From the IMG/VR virus record IMGVR_UViG_3300049215_000519, positions 1 through 64,000 of that record: a stretch of 64,000 nucleotides of DNA; one strand, written 5' to 3'. Position numbers and translations under genes: made by a program. Source of the DNA: a virus. Positions 9,372 through 18,356 of this stretch are shown here, one piece after another. Each line of letters begins with the position of its first letter. Within the stretch, counting starts at the first letter, position 1. The notes under the pieces are model-generated. The model worked only from the letters and a program-made list of their open reading frames with translations, ran no database searches and was not told the DNA's origin.

Positions 9372-10122
9372 TGATGTCGAGACCGCGGTACGCGTGGGTC
9401 GGCATGAGCACATCGAGCTTCGCGAGCACGTCGGCGGGAGTGCGCTGAGCGGTCCAGAAGTCGTTGATGACTGGGTGGAGATCGCGATGCGTCGATTCGT
9501 CGTCTGGCTTCCACGCGAGGTACTTGCCGTCGAACCAGCCTGGCTTGAACTCGGGTTGGTGGCTCGTGCACGTCAGCTTATAGCGGATCAGCTCGGGCCG
9601 CTGAGCGTAGCCGAAGTGGAAGATCGGCACGGCGTTGTCGAGGCTGCCATCGATGTCGCTCGAGTGGCGGAGATCGCGAATGCGGATCGGCTCGAAGTGG
9701 TCAACCATCGACCATCCCCAGCTGCGCCAGAAGTGGCGGAACTTCGTGCGCCAGCGGCCTGCGCAGTTCTGCATATCGGCCGATGCGAGGCCAACCGTGA
9801 GCGTCAGCGGGTCCCAGATCTCGTCGGCGTCGGCGATCGCGACGATGTGCGCGCCGCGCGAGCGGGCCTCCTCGAGCATCTGCTCGTTGTGGTTGCCCTC
9901 GCTGCCGCTCGAGACGCGATGCCACACCGGCTTCCCGAAGCGGTGGGCCTGCGCGTGTAACTCTTCTTCGGTGTCGGGGCATGGCAGCGAGCCAGAGAAT
10001 CCAAAGCTCGGTGTCGGCGAGTAGAATACGTGTACCTCATCGCACGCTGTTGAAAGAGCCTCAACGGACCACGCGAGGTACTCCTTGCCGTAGTGAAGCG
10101 GGATGCAGCCGATGCGTTTCAT
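9364..10122 (-). CDS. Putative GT-A-fold glycosyltransferase
   Basis: Start MKRIGCIPLHYGKEYL at 10122 overlaps the upstream stop (ATGA). VAIADADEIW is a DxD-like motif. Function is tentative. Confidence 0.45.
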   Translation of the reverse strand: MKRIGCIPLHYGKEYLAWSVEALSTACDEVHVFYSPTPSFGFSGSLPCPDTEEELHAQAHRFGKPVWHRVSSGSEGNHNEQMLEEARSRGAHIVAIADADEIWDPLTLTVGLASADMQNCAGRWRTKFRHFWRSWGWSMVDHFEPIRIRDLRHSSDIDGSLDNAVPIFHFGYAQRPELIRYKLTCTSHQPEFKPGWFDGKYLAWKPDDESTHRDLHPVINDFWTAQRTPADVLAKLDVLMPTHAYRGLDIIT

Positions 10123-11027
10123 CGTCGAAGGATCTCCTCTGCTGCGGGCAGCAAGAACTTGCTGTAGACCTCGTCGATCGTGTACCGACGAGCGATGTCG
10201 TGTGCAACATGAGCGTAGCACATCGCCTGATCGCTTCGGGCGATGTTGCAGACCAGTTCAGCCATTGCTGGCGCGTTGGAGACTGTGATCTCGGGGATGA
10301 CTGCGATCGACTCGGGACCAAACGGCCAGCAATCGAGCCACGAATCCTCGAGCCCTTCCGCGATCAGCGCAGCTGACGTGCTCGCGCACTGCCAAGCCCG
10401 CCACGTCGAGAACGACTTCACGCGTGAGTGCGCGACGTAGAACGATGCTGCATGGACATCGAGTGCCCCCAGGAGCTGGCGACCGAACGCGCCGCTGATG
10501 TCCTTCAGGTTCGACCCGAGCTTGCTGTGAAAGTAGGGCAGGAGCACTTCACGACGCCCGGCCATCGAACCATGATACGCGAGTAGGTGGTGCTTGGGCG
10601 CGTCCCAACGCGGAGTTCCCATCGCCTCGGCGTCCCAGCCGACTGGCAGAAGAAACGCCTTGCCAGGATGGATCGCGTTCAGCTTGCTCACCATCCACGG
10701 CGTGTGACCGAACACGAAGTCGATCGGGCTCGTCTTGAACCGTTTGAGGATCTCGTGATGCCACGGCATCAACTGAGCCTCGTCGTCGGTCATTGCCTCG
10801 TTGTAGACGAGCCCGAGCCTGCAGCGCCGGTTGTCATGCGAGAGCGTGCAGGCCTTGGTGATGTCCCAGCTCACGACCAGCGTCTGCGGATCGTCCTTGA
10901 CCGAGTTCCAGCAGTCGCCGTGCGTGTCGAGATGGATCGTGTCCACTCGCCGAGCGAGCGACTGGTAGAGCGCCCGGATGTCGACGTAGGCCCCCCAGTC
11001 GTTGGAGATGATGTTGATGATCTTCAT
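10119..11027 (-). CDS. Hypothetical protein, possible GT-B-like glycosyltransferase
   Basis: Start MKIINIISNDWG at 11027 (ATGA overlap). The C-terminal half loosely resembles the GT1 C-terminal domain. The function call is weak. Confidence 0.4.
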   Translation of the reverse strand: MKIINIISNDWGAYVDIRALYQSLARRVDTIHLDTHGDCWNSVKDDPQTLVVSWDITKACTLSHDNRRCRLGLVYNEAMTDDEAQLMPWHHEILKRFKTSPIDFVFGHTPWMVSKLNAIHPGKAFLLPVGWDAEAMGTPRWDAPKHHLLAYHGSMAGRREVLLPYFHSKLGSNLKDISGAFGRQLLGALDVHAASFYVAHSRVKSFSTWRAWQCASTSAALIAEGLEDSWLDCWPFGPESIAVIPEITVSNAPAMAELVCNIARSDQAMCYAHVAHDIARRYTIDEVYSKFLLPAAEEILRR

Positions 11028-11815
11028 GCCAGAGCTTTCACAACTTCCCAACGGAAGTCGGTGTCGATGCAGAGCTTGCGATGCAGTTTTTCCCCCTCGT
11101 CGGCGAGTCGATCCTTGTGCTTCAGCCACTCGATCACGTCCTGATCGATCTGGTCGATCGAACGCAAGACGAAGGCGAGATCACGAGCCTGATCATCGAG
11201 AAAGCTTTCGCTTACGATGGGGATGCCGTAGCTCGCGGCGATCGCGAAGCGGATCGGCTCGATGATCGGGTAGACCTCGTACTGATGCAACGTCAGCATC
11301 ATGTGGCTCGTCGCGACGATGGCGTTCTGCTCCTTCGCGCCCCAAGCCTCAGGCGCGATGCTGACACCCTGCGCTCGTAGGCGATCAACAGCCTCGAGCC
11401 GACGGCCCCACAGATACGAGAGGTGGCACACGTCCCAGTGACGAGCCGCCGTGCGCATGCCGTAGTGCTGGTGGCCCGCGAGCCGCACGAAAGTGAACCG
11501 GGGGTTCAGCGTCGCGAAGTAGCGATCGCTGACCCACACCGAGTCGATCAAGCCCTCGAGCGTGTCCATCGAGCTGGGCAGAGTCTCATCGTGCGGGCGC
11601 TCGAGGTTCCACCAGATGACCTTGGCGCGGCGCGTGCCCGCGAAGTTACGCAGGTGCGGGGCGACCTCGCCGTTCATCGGCGTGAAGATGTACGTGTTGT
11701 CTTGCGCTAGGTCGATCTGGTCGACGAAGCAAGTCTTGAACCCCGAGATCTCTACGAAGCGGAAAAAGTCGCCGTATGATGGGTACTCGTAGCGCGTGCG
11801 CGCGAAGATGATCAC
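11024..11815 (-). CDS. Hypothetical protein, possible GT-B-like glycosyltransferase
   Basis: GTG start at 11815 overlaps the upstream TGA (GTGA). The C-terminal EPIRFAIAASYGIPIVSE pattern is CgeB/GT1-like. The function call is weak. Confidence 0.4.
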   Translation of the reverse strand: MIIFARTRYEYPSYGDFFRFVEISGFKTCFVDQIDLAQDNTYIFTPMNGEVAPHLRNFAGTRRAKVIWWNLERPHDETLPSSMDTLEGLIDSVWVSDRYFATLNPRFTFVRLAGHQHYGMRTAARHWDVCHLSYLWGRRLEAVDRLRAQGVSIAPEAWGAKEQNAIVATSHMMLTLHQYEVYPIIEPIRFAIAASYGIPIVSESFLDDQARDLAFVLRSIDQIDQDVIEWLKHKDRLADEGEKLHRKLCIDTDFRWEVVKALA

Positions 11816-13140
11816 GTGATGAGCTTTCCCCTCATGAGGCTGTCGACCCAGATATCGGTCGGCATGCATTTGCCGCGCTTACTGTCGACGAGGTAGAAAG
11901 CTTGAGCCGGCTCTTCGTAACGCATACCCTTGCCGAGCGCGTACTCGTTGTAGCCGATCAACGAGCTGTTGACGACGAGGTGCGGTAGGTTGTGGTAGCT
12001 GTGGAAGTGGCCCATGTTGGTGACCGCGGCCGGGATGACCGTGTCCCAGCGCATGATCGCTTTGGTGATCGGGATCATGATGCCACCGACCCCGCCTTGG
12101 TAGTTCACCTCGTCACCATGGCAGAAGCGGTACATCCACTCGTAGATCTGGATGTACGTGTGCAGGCCCTGCGGAAGCTCGAACGTGATCCGTGAATCCT
12201 TCTCGAGTTCGCGCTTGAGACCAACGTAAAGCAGCCACTCGATCGAGTTGGCCTCGCGCGTCGAATACGTCATCTTCTCGGTCAGCCGGCCGTGGTTGCC
12301 AGAGTTGCAGACAACACGCAGGCTTTCTAGTTCGGTGCGATCGAGAATATGCTTGATGCCGGGTTCGATCCAGGTGTGCAGTGTAGCGATCGCCTGTGAT
12401 GGCGAGAGCAGGTTGTTTTGCAGATTCTCGTCGCGAAGGTACCCGGTGATGAGATCGCCACCGAGCCAGAGCACCATGTCGCGAATGAGGAACCGCTCGC
12501 GATGGTAGTTGACGAGGTAAGCAACACCTTCAAAGAATCGCTCTGCGCGACGCTTGCTGATGTCGAGGTCGTACTTGTTGACGCCGTTGACGCGGGCCGG
12601 GTCGACGTGCTCCTCGATGTGCCAGTCGGAGGCGAGGGCGACCGCGGTCGCCTCGCGTTTGCCTGATGTCTTCTCACGAATCGTGATTGGCTCGATGATC
12701 GAACGACCAGCAATCGCCTCGTTCGAGACGAGCTGATGCTTGCGCAGCTCTTCGATCTCGATCAGTGCATCGTCGAGCTGGTTCGCGAGCGAGGAGAGCT
12801 GCGCTTTGTAACGACGCTCGATAAGGTTGTCGTCGACGGTCATCTCGATCGTCGGCACCACGAAGTGCGGGTCGGTCTTCTCCTCGTCGAGTGGAGCCGC
12901 CGGTATCGCGTTGCTGATGTTGATCGCCGCGTCGCCGTACTTGAGCTGCTCTAGTTCGGGGATGATCACTCCGCGCTTGCGGAGTCGCCGCTTGGCGATG
13001 CTGTAAGCCTCTGGCGTGACCCCGATCAGCTTTGCAAGGTCTGCCTCAGATCGGCATTGCTTGGCGGCTTCTCTCAGCTCCCCATTCAGGAGCTTGCGCT
13101 CCATAATCGAGGAGGCCGAGTTCTCCTGGATGCCCGGCAT
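11812..13140 (-). CDS. Calcineurin-like metallophosphoesterase with N-terminal HTH-like region
   Basis: SDWHIEE (DxH), GGDLITG (GD), SGNHG (GNH), GHFHSYH. The N-terminus (LAKLIGVTPEAYSIAKRRL) is HTH-like. Confidence 0.75.
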   Translation of the reverse strand: MPGIQENSASSIMERKLLNGELREAAKQCRSEADLAKLIGVTPEAYSIAKRRLRKRGVIIPELEQLKYGDAAINISNAIPAAPLDEEKTDPHFVVPTIEMTVDDNLIERRYKAQLSSLANQLDDALIEIEELRKHQLVSNEAIAGRSIIEPITIREKTSGKREATAVALASDWHIEEHVDPARVNGVNKYDLDISKRRAERFFEGVAYLVNYHRERFLIRDMVLWLGGDLITGYLRDENLQNNLLSPSQAIATLHTWIEPGIKHILDRTELESLRVVCNSGNHGRLTEKMTYSTREANSIEWLLYVGLKRELEKDSRITFELPQGLHTYIQIYEWMYRFCHGDEVNYQGGVGGIMIPITKAIMRWDTVIPAAVTNMGHFHSYHNLPHLVVNSSLIGYNEYALGKGMRYEEPAQAFYLVDSKRGKCMPTDIWVDSLMRGKLIT

Positions 13141-13171
13141 TCAGTTCCAAGATGCCATTTAGTGTACTCTG

Positions 13172-13192
13172 TACCTATCAGCTGGGTCTGAC
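13172..13192 (-). promoter_or_regulatory. GTCAGACC-N7-TANNNN element (copy 2)
   Basis: Minus-strand GTCAGACCCAGCTGATAGGTA. It sits 31 nt upstream of the ATG at 13140, the longest leader of the set. Confidence 0.4.
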
Positions 13193-13281
13193 ATCGTGAT
13201 CAGTTGGGCGACGGTCGGAACGAGGTTTGGGCCTGTTAAGCCTGCTCACTTGATCAGAGATCGCCGAACGAAGTCAAGCAT

Positions 13282-13310
13282 TTGATCTCTCTTGAGGGAT
13301 CGCCTAAGGT
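13282..13310 (+). promoter_or_regulatory. sigma70-like promoter with leaderless start
   Basis: TTGATC-N17-TAAGGT, then 6 nt, then ATG at 13317. Confidence 0.45.
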
Positions 13311-13316
13311 GTCTGC

Positions 13317-13751
13317 ATGAGCCTCACCGCAACCCTCGTCGAGCAAGGCAACAACCGCCTTCGCTATCTCCTCGTCGCGAACACCACGGGTGGCGTGACG
13401 GCAACCATCACCACCACCGGGGCCGCGACCCCGGACTTGCTGACGGATAGCCTCTACGGCCCGATCAAGGTGATCGCAGGCGCGTTCACCAACGGCCTCG
13501 GCATTCTGCCAGCTGGTGCCATGACCCAGGCGCAGGCGCGCGCGATGTGGGAGGCAGACAACGCAGACACCGTGCTCGGCAACTCCAAGGTGCCCCGTGC
13601 GCTGTGCAGCCTGACGCCTCGTACCGGCACGGCCGCGTGGAACACCGACGCGAACGTCGACGGTTCGGGCCATCCTCTCATCACTGCCTTCGCTTCTGAC
13701 GTGGGCTCGGCCTACCTCGACGTCATGACGCAGGGCGGAATCGGGATCTAG
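13317..13751 (+). CDS. Hypothetical protein, tandem paralogue A
   Basis: About 60% identical by eye to 13754..14182. Shared blocks: NRLRYLLV, PDLLTDSLYGPIKV, FTNGLGIL, DTVLGN.KV.RALC..TPRTG, DGSGHP, SAYLDVMTQGGIG. Confidence 0.7.
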   Translation: MSLTATLVEQGNNRLRYLLVANTTGGVTATITTTGAATPDLLTDSLYGPIKVIAGAFTNGLGILPAGAMTQAQARAMWEADNADTVLGNSKVPRALCSLTPRTGTAAWNTDANVDGSGHPLITAFASDVGSAYLDVMTQGGIGI

Positions 13752-13753
13752 TC

Positions 13754-14182
13754 ATGAGCAGCATCACGCTCGTCGATGCGCATCACAACCGCCTTCGCTA
13801 CCTCCTCGTGTACGACGGTGAGCAAGCTCTCGCCGCGATCACGACCACGGGTGTCGCGAGCCCCGATCTCTTGACCGACAGCCTCTACGGCCCGATCAAG
13901 GTCTGTGCTCAGGCGTTCACCAACGGCCTCGGAATTCTCGCTGCCGGAGCCCTCACGCAGGCCCAGTCGCGCGCGATCTGGCTCGCGGACAACTCAGACA
14001 CCGTGCTCGGCAACGGCAAGGTGTCTCGAGCGCTCTGCAAGATCACGCCGAGGACGGGGCAGGCTCAGTGGCGCGTCGACTCCGATGTCGACGGCTCTGG
14101 CCATCCGACGGTCACGCCGGTCGCCACCGCCGCCGCGTCGGCGTACCTCGACGTGATGACCCAGGGCGGAATCGGGAAGTAG
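13754..14182 (+). CDS. Hypothetical protein, tandem paralogue B
   Basis: See 13317..13751. Separated from it by 2 nt. Confidence 0.7.
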   Translation: MSSITLVDAHHNRLRYLLVYDGEQALAAITTTGVASPDLLTDSLYGPIKVCAQAFTNGLGILAAGALTQAQSRAIWLADNSDTVLGNGKVSRALCKITPRTGQAQWRVDSDVDGSGHPTVTPVATAAASAYLDVMTQGGIGK

Positions 14183-14887
14183 CTAGCGCCGTCGACGACG
14201 CGCGCTCGCGTGGGAGAGGCCTTCCTGCATCAGCTGGATGGCCTCTTCGTACGTTTCGGGCATCGCCTCCGCGAACGCGTGGCTGAGCGCGACGTGGGCC
14301 GCCTTGATGGCGACGGCCTTCGCCGCGTTGTAGCCCTCGCCGACGCTCGGCATCGTGCCGTAGGCCCATTGCGATACGATGGATCGGAGAAGCTCGGACG
14401 TTGTCAAGCCTTCCGATTCGGCTCGCGTTCGGATCAGTGCCTCCAGGTCATCGGGTAGCCGTACAGCCATAGGTTGGGCCATTTTGACTCGTTTCAGGAT
14501 GTCAGACCGAGCTGGTAGACGTGTGCTCGATGATACTAGCCCGGCTCGGCCACGAGGCCAACGACCGGTCTCGGGGAGGACTAGCGGGCCTCTTCGCCCG
14601 TTCTCCTGGTTAGTAACTGCTTCCAAATGCGCAGGGTTACAACAACATTTGACCTTGCACAGATGATCGGTAACGAAGCCAACAGGAAATGGGCCTCTGT
14701 CAGCTGAGTAGCACATCCGATGAACGAACCGACCATTAAACCTGCCGTATCCCAAGTCGTTTAGGTTACCTAGCCACAACCAACATCCGCCCATAGGTTC
14801 CGGTAGGACATTTTTCCAAAACGATTTCGGCAATGTAGAGTCATACAACGTAAGCATCCAAAATACACCGTAAGCATTTGTATACAT
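14183..14887 (-). CDS. HNH endonuclease domain continuous in frame with an RHH (CopG/Arc-like) domain
   Basis: The N-terminal part has GYGRFNGRFVHRMCY....DHLCKVKCCCNPAHLEAVTNQEN (HNH_3-like) and is AT-rich. The C-terminal part from MAQPMAVRLPDDLEALIRTRAESEGLTTSELLRSIV (possible own start at 14482) is RHH-like and ends RRRRR. Confidence 0.55.
   Translation of the reverse strand: MYTNAYGVFWMLTLYDSTLPKSFWKNVLPEPMGGCWLWLGNLNDLGYGRFNGRFVHRMCYSADRGPFPVGFVTDHLCKVKCCCNPAHLEAVTNQENGRRGPLVLPETGRWPRGRAGLVSSSTRLPARSDILKRVKMAQPMAVRLPDDLEALIRTRAESEGLTTSELLRSIVSQWAYGTMPSVGEGYNAAKAVAIKAAHVALSHAFAEAMPETYEEAIQLMQEGLSHASARRRRR
14501..14521 (+). promoter_or_regulatory. GTCAGACC-N7-TANNNN element (orphan copy, antisense to the HNH/RHH ORF)
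   Basis: GTCAGACCGAGCTGGTAGACG, then 8 nt, then an ATG at 14530 that opens only a 27-codon ORF. Confidence 0.35.
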
Positions 14888-15255
14888 CGATGCAAATTGA
14901 CTGGGATGAACATGCGAATCAATGACTTAGACGATTCGGATAACTGTGGCGATTTGTATACGATCCATCCGAATCCCGTAGCAAATGGTTCACGATTATC
15001 CAAGTAACTGGGATGTCATCCCAATGATTTCGCATACTTAGGATATGGCATACCGATTGGATAATAGGAACCCAAGATGGCAACGCGATGCAACGAGAAC
15101 CACGAAGCTCTCAAGGCGGATCCCGTCCGCTGGTCTGCCCTGCCCGTCGCGGGCAAGGATGGCCTCCAGATCGTCGACGACGAGCTGACCCTCGAGCTTC
15201 GCAACTGCACGTGTGGCTCCACCCTGGCCATCGTCCTGAAAGGAATTCTGTAGCC

Positions 15256-15747
15256 ATGAAAGCCTTCATCATCGCGCTCGTGCTGACCGCGTGCGCCGCG
15301 CAGCCCGGCCCGGCCGTCCACCTCGAGTACGTTCAGCCTGGGGTCCCCGCTCGCGTAGTCGAGTTCTCCGAAGCCGCCGCGATGGCGTGGGAGGAGGTTG
15401 GTATCGGCTACGCGAGCGCCCCGGGCACCGTCGAGTGCCCGGCCGATTGGTACCTGCAGCCCCCGACGGACTGCACCATCACCATCCACGTCACCTACCT
15501 CCCCTCGAGCGAGCTGGGTGGCAAAGCAGGACTGACCGACGACGCCCGCAACACGGCCGTGGCCATCGAGCTGACCGACTTCGCGCTCGAGAGCGTGCTG
15601 GCGCACGAGATCGGCCACACCGTGTTCAACACCCCCGACCACCTACCGCCCGGCGAGCTGGGCATCATGGCCGCTGCCTCGCAGGGCTACACGACTCCCC
15701 AAGCTGCTGACCTCATCTACGCCGCCAACCACATCGGCAACCGCTAA
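15256..15747 (+). CDS. Putative lipoprotein zinc metalloprotease
   Basis: MKAFIIALVLTAC lipobox and a HEIGH (HExxH) motif near the C-terminus. Confidence 0.6.
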   Translation: MKAFIIALVLTACAAQPGPAVHLEYVQPGVPARVVEFSEAAAMAWEEVGIGYASAPGTVECPADWYLQPPTDCTITIHVTYLPSSELGGKAGLTDDARNTAVAIELTDFALESVLAHEIGHTVFNTPDHLPPGELGIMAAASQGYTTPQAADLIYAANHIGNR

Positions 15748-15771
15748 TCCTCAGACCAAGGACAACACCCC

Positions 15772-17184
15772 ATGTTCACCAACGACAACGACGCTTCCGC
15801 CCGCTTCTCCAACCTCGAACTCGACATCCCTGGCGACGCCAAGCCCCCCACGGTCCGTCAGACCATCCCGACCATCAAGGTGGCCCTTGCGGCGACGATG
15901 AGCCAGGACACCGAGCGCGTCGATGCGGAAGGCTCCGCGCGCGCCAAGGCTGACGAGGACATGGCCAAGAGCCTCGGGTTCTCTCCCAAGCCCCCGGTGT
16001 TCGAGATCGGCACCGTCGTGAACTCCACGGGCGTCGGCAACTTCCGCCGCTCGCGCATGGGGTGGGAAGGCCAGCCGAGCCTCCCCGAGCTGGCTCGCTC
16101 GTTCTCGGACCGCATCAAGGCCGAGCAGCGCGAGGACAAGCTAGTCGACGCGCCCGAGCTGACGGTTCTGCCCAATGGCCGGCTGACCAAGGACGCGACT
16201 GGCCAATCGGGGGGCCTCTTGCTCTCCGAGCGCGCGATGGATGGCCTGGCGACCCACGTCACCCCCGGTGGCGCGAGCTACCTCAAGCAGTGCCCGGCCA
16301 TCCTCCGCGCGACCAACCTGAACTACTGGCTCGGCCAGGCCAAGCAAGTCGACGCGCGGGCTTCCAAGAAGGCTGGTCACACGGTGACCAAATCGCGCCA
16401 GCTGACGCTTCGCACGCGCGCTCGCAAGGGCGGCAACGGTCAGGCCGATCGCGAGGTCTTCAGCGTCGTCGGCCCGAAGTACGCCGCGTTCGACGTCGAT
16501 CGCGTGGCCCGAGAAGCAGCGGCTGGCATCGGTGGCGACGCGCGCGGCACGGTGACCTACGACGGCTACAAGATGACCCTTGACGCGGTGTTCCACTCGA
16601 ACATCGCGCCCGAGAACGCGGTCGCTGGCGAGTTTTTCAAGGGCTGCGTCCGCATCCAGACAGCTGACGACGGCTCGGGTGCGGTCCGCATCTCGCTCGG
16701 CCTCTGGCGGAACCTCTGCCGTAACCTCATCATCGTCGACTTCGACAAGGTGCTGGTAGGCTCGCGCAAGCACATCGGCGCCGCGACCATGGAAGCCGAC
16801 ATCCGCGAGCTGATGGCGTCAGCGAACGACCGCATCAAGCTCATCGTCGCCAAGTGGTCCGAGGCGACCACCGAGAACGTCCTCGAGCGCTACGACCTCC
16901 AGGACGTCGATCAGGTGTTCCAGGGCCTCGTCGTCAACGACCTGGTGTCGGCCCCCGGCATCAAGACCGAGGACATGGTCAAGCGGCTGCACGAGGCGTG
17001 GGAGCGCGAGCCGGGCTACAGCAAGACCCACATCCTCAACGCGATCACCCGCTCGGCGCACGAGCAGACGTGGACGTCATGGGCGGACACTGAGGAGCTG
17101 GAGAGCCAGGCCGGAGAGCTGTTGTACGCCAAGGTCTGGAACCTCGACATCGCTGACCGCTCGGCCGAGGAGATCCTGGCCTAG
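15772..17184 (+). CDS. DUF932-like phage/plasmid protein
   Basis: TADDGSGAVRISLGLWRNLCRNLII resembles the DUF932 core (SHDGS..R...G..R.vC.N). Preceded by the conserved CAAGGACAACACCCC leader. Confidence 0.6.
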   Translation: MFTNDNDASARFSNLELDIPGDAKPPTVRQTIPTIKVALAATMSQDTERVDAEGSARAKADEDMAKSLGFSPKPPVFEIGTVVNSTGVGNFRRSRMGWEGQPSLPELARSFSDRIKAEQREDKLVDAPELTVLPNGRLTKDATGQSGGLLLSERAMDGLATHVTPGGASYLKQCPAILRATNLNYWLGQAKQVDARASKKAGHTVTKSRQLTLRTRARKGGNGQADREVFSVVGPKYAAFDVDRVAREAAAGIGGDARGTVTYDGYKMTLDAVFHSNIAPENAVAGEFFKGCVRIQTADDGSGAVRISLGLWRNLCRNLIIVDFDKVLVGSRKHIGAATMEADIRELMASANDRIKLIVAKWSEATTENVLERYDLQDVDQVFQGLVVNDLVSAPGIKTEDMVKRLHEAWEREPGYSKTHILNAITRSAHEQTWTSWADTEELESQAGELLYAKVWNLDIADRSAEEILA

Positions 17185-17329
17185 CCCGCGCCAGGCGAGG
17201 CAGTGCCTCGCGAGGAGCCTCGCAGCTTCGTGGCGACATCCACGGTCCTACAGCCGAGACCAGATGACGCGCCAGCTGGCGACGCTGCGAAGTTCCTCGC
17301 AGGGCACAACCAACCAAGGACAACACCCC

Positions 17330-17674
17330 ATGTCTACGCAGACCAAGATCATCAACAACGCCTACCAGAACCTGGTGAACCTTCGCGAGGAACGGATCGC
17401 GCGCATCGAGACAGGGCACGGCGACGCCGAAGACGCTCTGATGCGCGACATCTACACGGCCCAGATGGAGGGCATGCAAGCCAGGTTCATGCTCGATCCA
17501 ACAGCCATCCGCGACAACCAGATCCACGACGAGAAGCCAATCGCGCACGGCGAGTGGGCACCGTGCACCGCGTGCGGGCGCGAGCTGAGCTGGATGGAAG
17601 CCTCCAAGGGTCTCATGATGTGCGTGGCGAAGAACCTGTGCGCCAAGCGCGTGGCCGAGAAGAGGGGGCGCTAG
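17330..17674 (+). CDS. Hypothetical protein with C-terminal Cys cluster
   Basis: ATG directly follows the CAAGGACAACACCCC leader. Contains CTACGRE...MMCVAKNLC. Confidence 0.55.
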   Translation: MSTQTKIINNAYQNLVNLREERIARIETGHGDAEDALMRDIYTAQMEGMQARFMLDPTAIRDNQIHDEKPIAHGEWAPCTACGRELSWMEASKGLMMCVAKNLCAKRVAEKRGR

Positions 17675-17676
17675 CC

Positions 17677-17880
17677 ATGGCGTACCACCTGACCCAGAGC
17701 GAGCTTCACACCGCACGCACGGCGAACGCGCTTCGCCAGGCGCTCGGGAAGGCACTCGGCGGGAATACAACCGTCACCCACAACGTTACCGAAGGCGTGG
17801 GCGACCTCCACATCGACGTTCGACTCGCGCCGACCGAGGCCGAGACCCTCCTCAACCTCCTCTCAAGGATCAAACCGTGA
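17677..17880 (+). CDS. Hypothetical protein
   Basis: ATG 3 nt after the upstream stop. In-frame C-terminal part of ORF 17203..17880. Confidence 0.5.
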   Translation: MAYHLTQSELHTARTANALRQALGKALGGNTTVTHNVTEGVGDLHIDVRLAPTEAETLLNLLSRIKP

Positions 17881-18134
17881 GCAAGCTCAACCAACTCGTT
17901 TCGCACTTCCTGGCCGCGTTCTCCATGCTCGACGATCGCTCGCAGTTCCGCTGGCTCGACATCATCACCGAGAAGAAGAATCTCGTCGAGTGGCTCAAGG
18001 GCCTCCACGATCTGCCGGTGGATGCGGTCGCGCTCATCCTGCAGCACGAAGTCGACCACGAGCGCGAGAAGGCGCGCAAGGTCCGCAACGCTACCACACG
18101 AGAGTTTCCGCCGACCTCTAGGACTCAGCCGTGA
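17877..18134 (+). CDS. Hypothetical protein
   Basis: GTGA overlap with the upstream stop. ORF track entry. Confidence 0.5.
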   Translation: MSKLNQLVSHFLAAFSMLDDRSQFRWLDIITEKKNLVEWLKGLHDLPVDAVALILQHEVDHEREKARKVRNATTREFPPTSRTQP

Positions 18135-18356
18135 AGTTCCCCGAGAGAAAGCTCTGGTCACTCTTCGCTGGCTCATGGAGGGGGAAGCTAACAGGGGTGT
18201 TAAGTCCACCCCCAAAGTGAACGGCGAAACGGCGCGAGGGTCCTTCGGTGCCTCCTCCTCGCGTCGTCCACGCCCGAGTCGTTCTCGGCGTGCTGACGAG
18301 CCAAACGAACAAGGACAACACCCCATGATCGACCACGAAGAACAGAGAGTCAGTCC

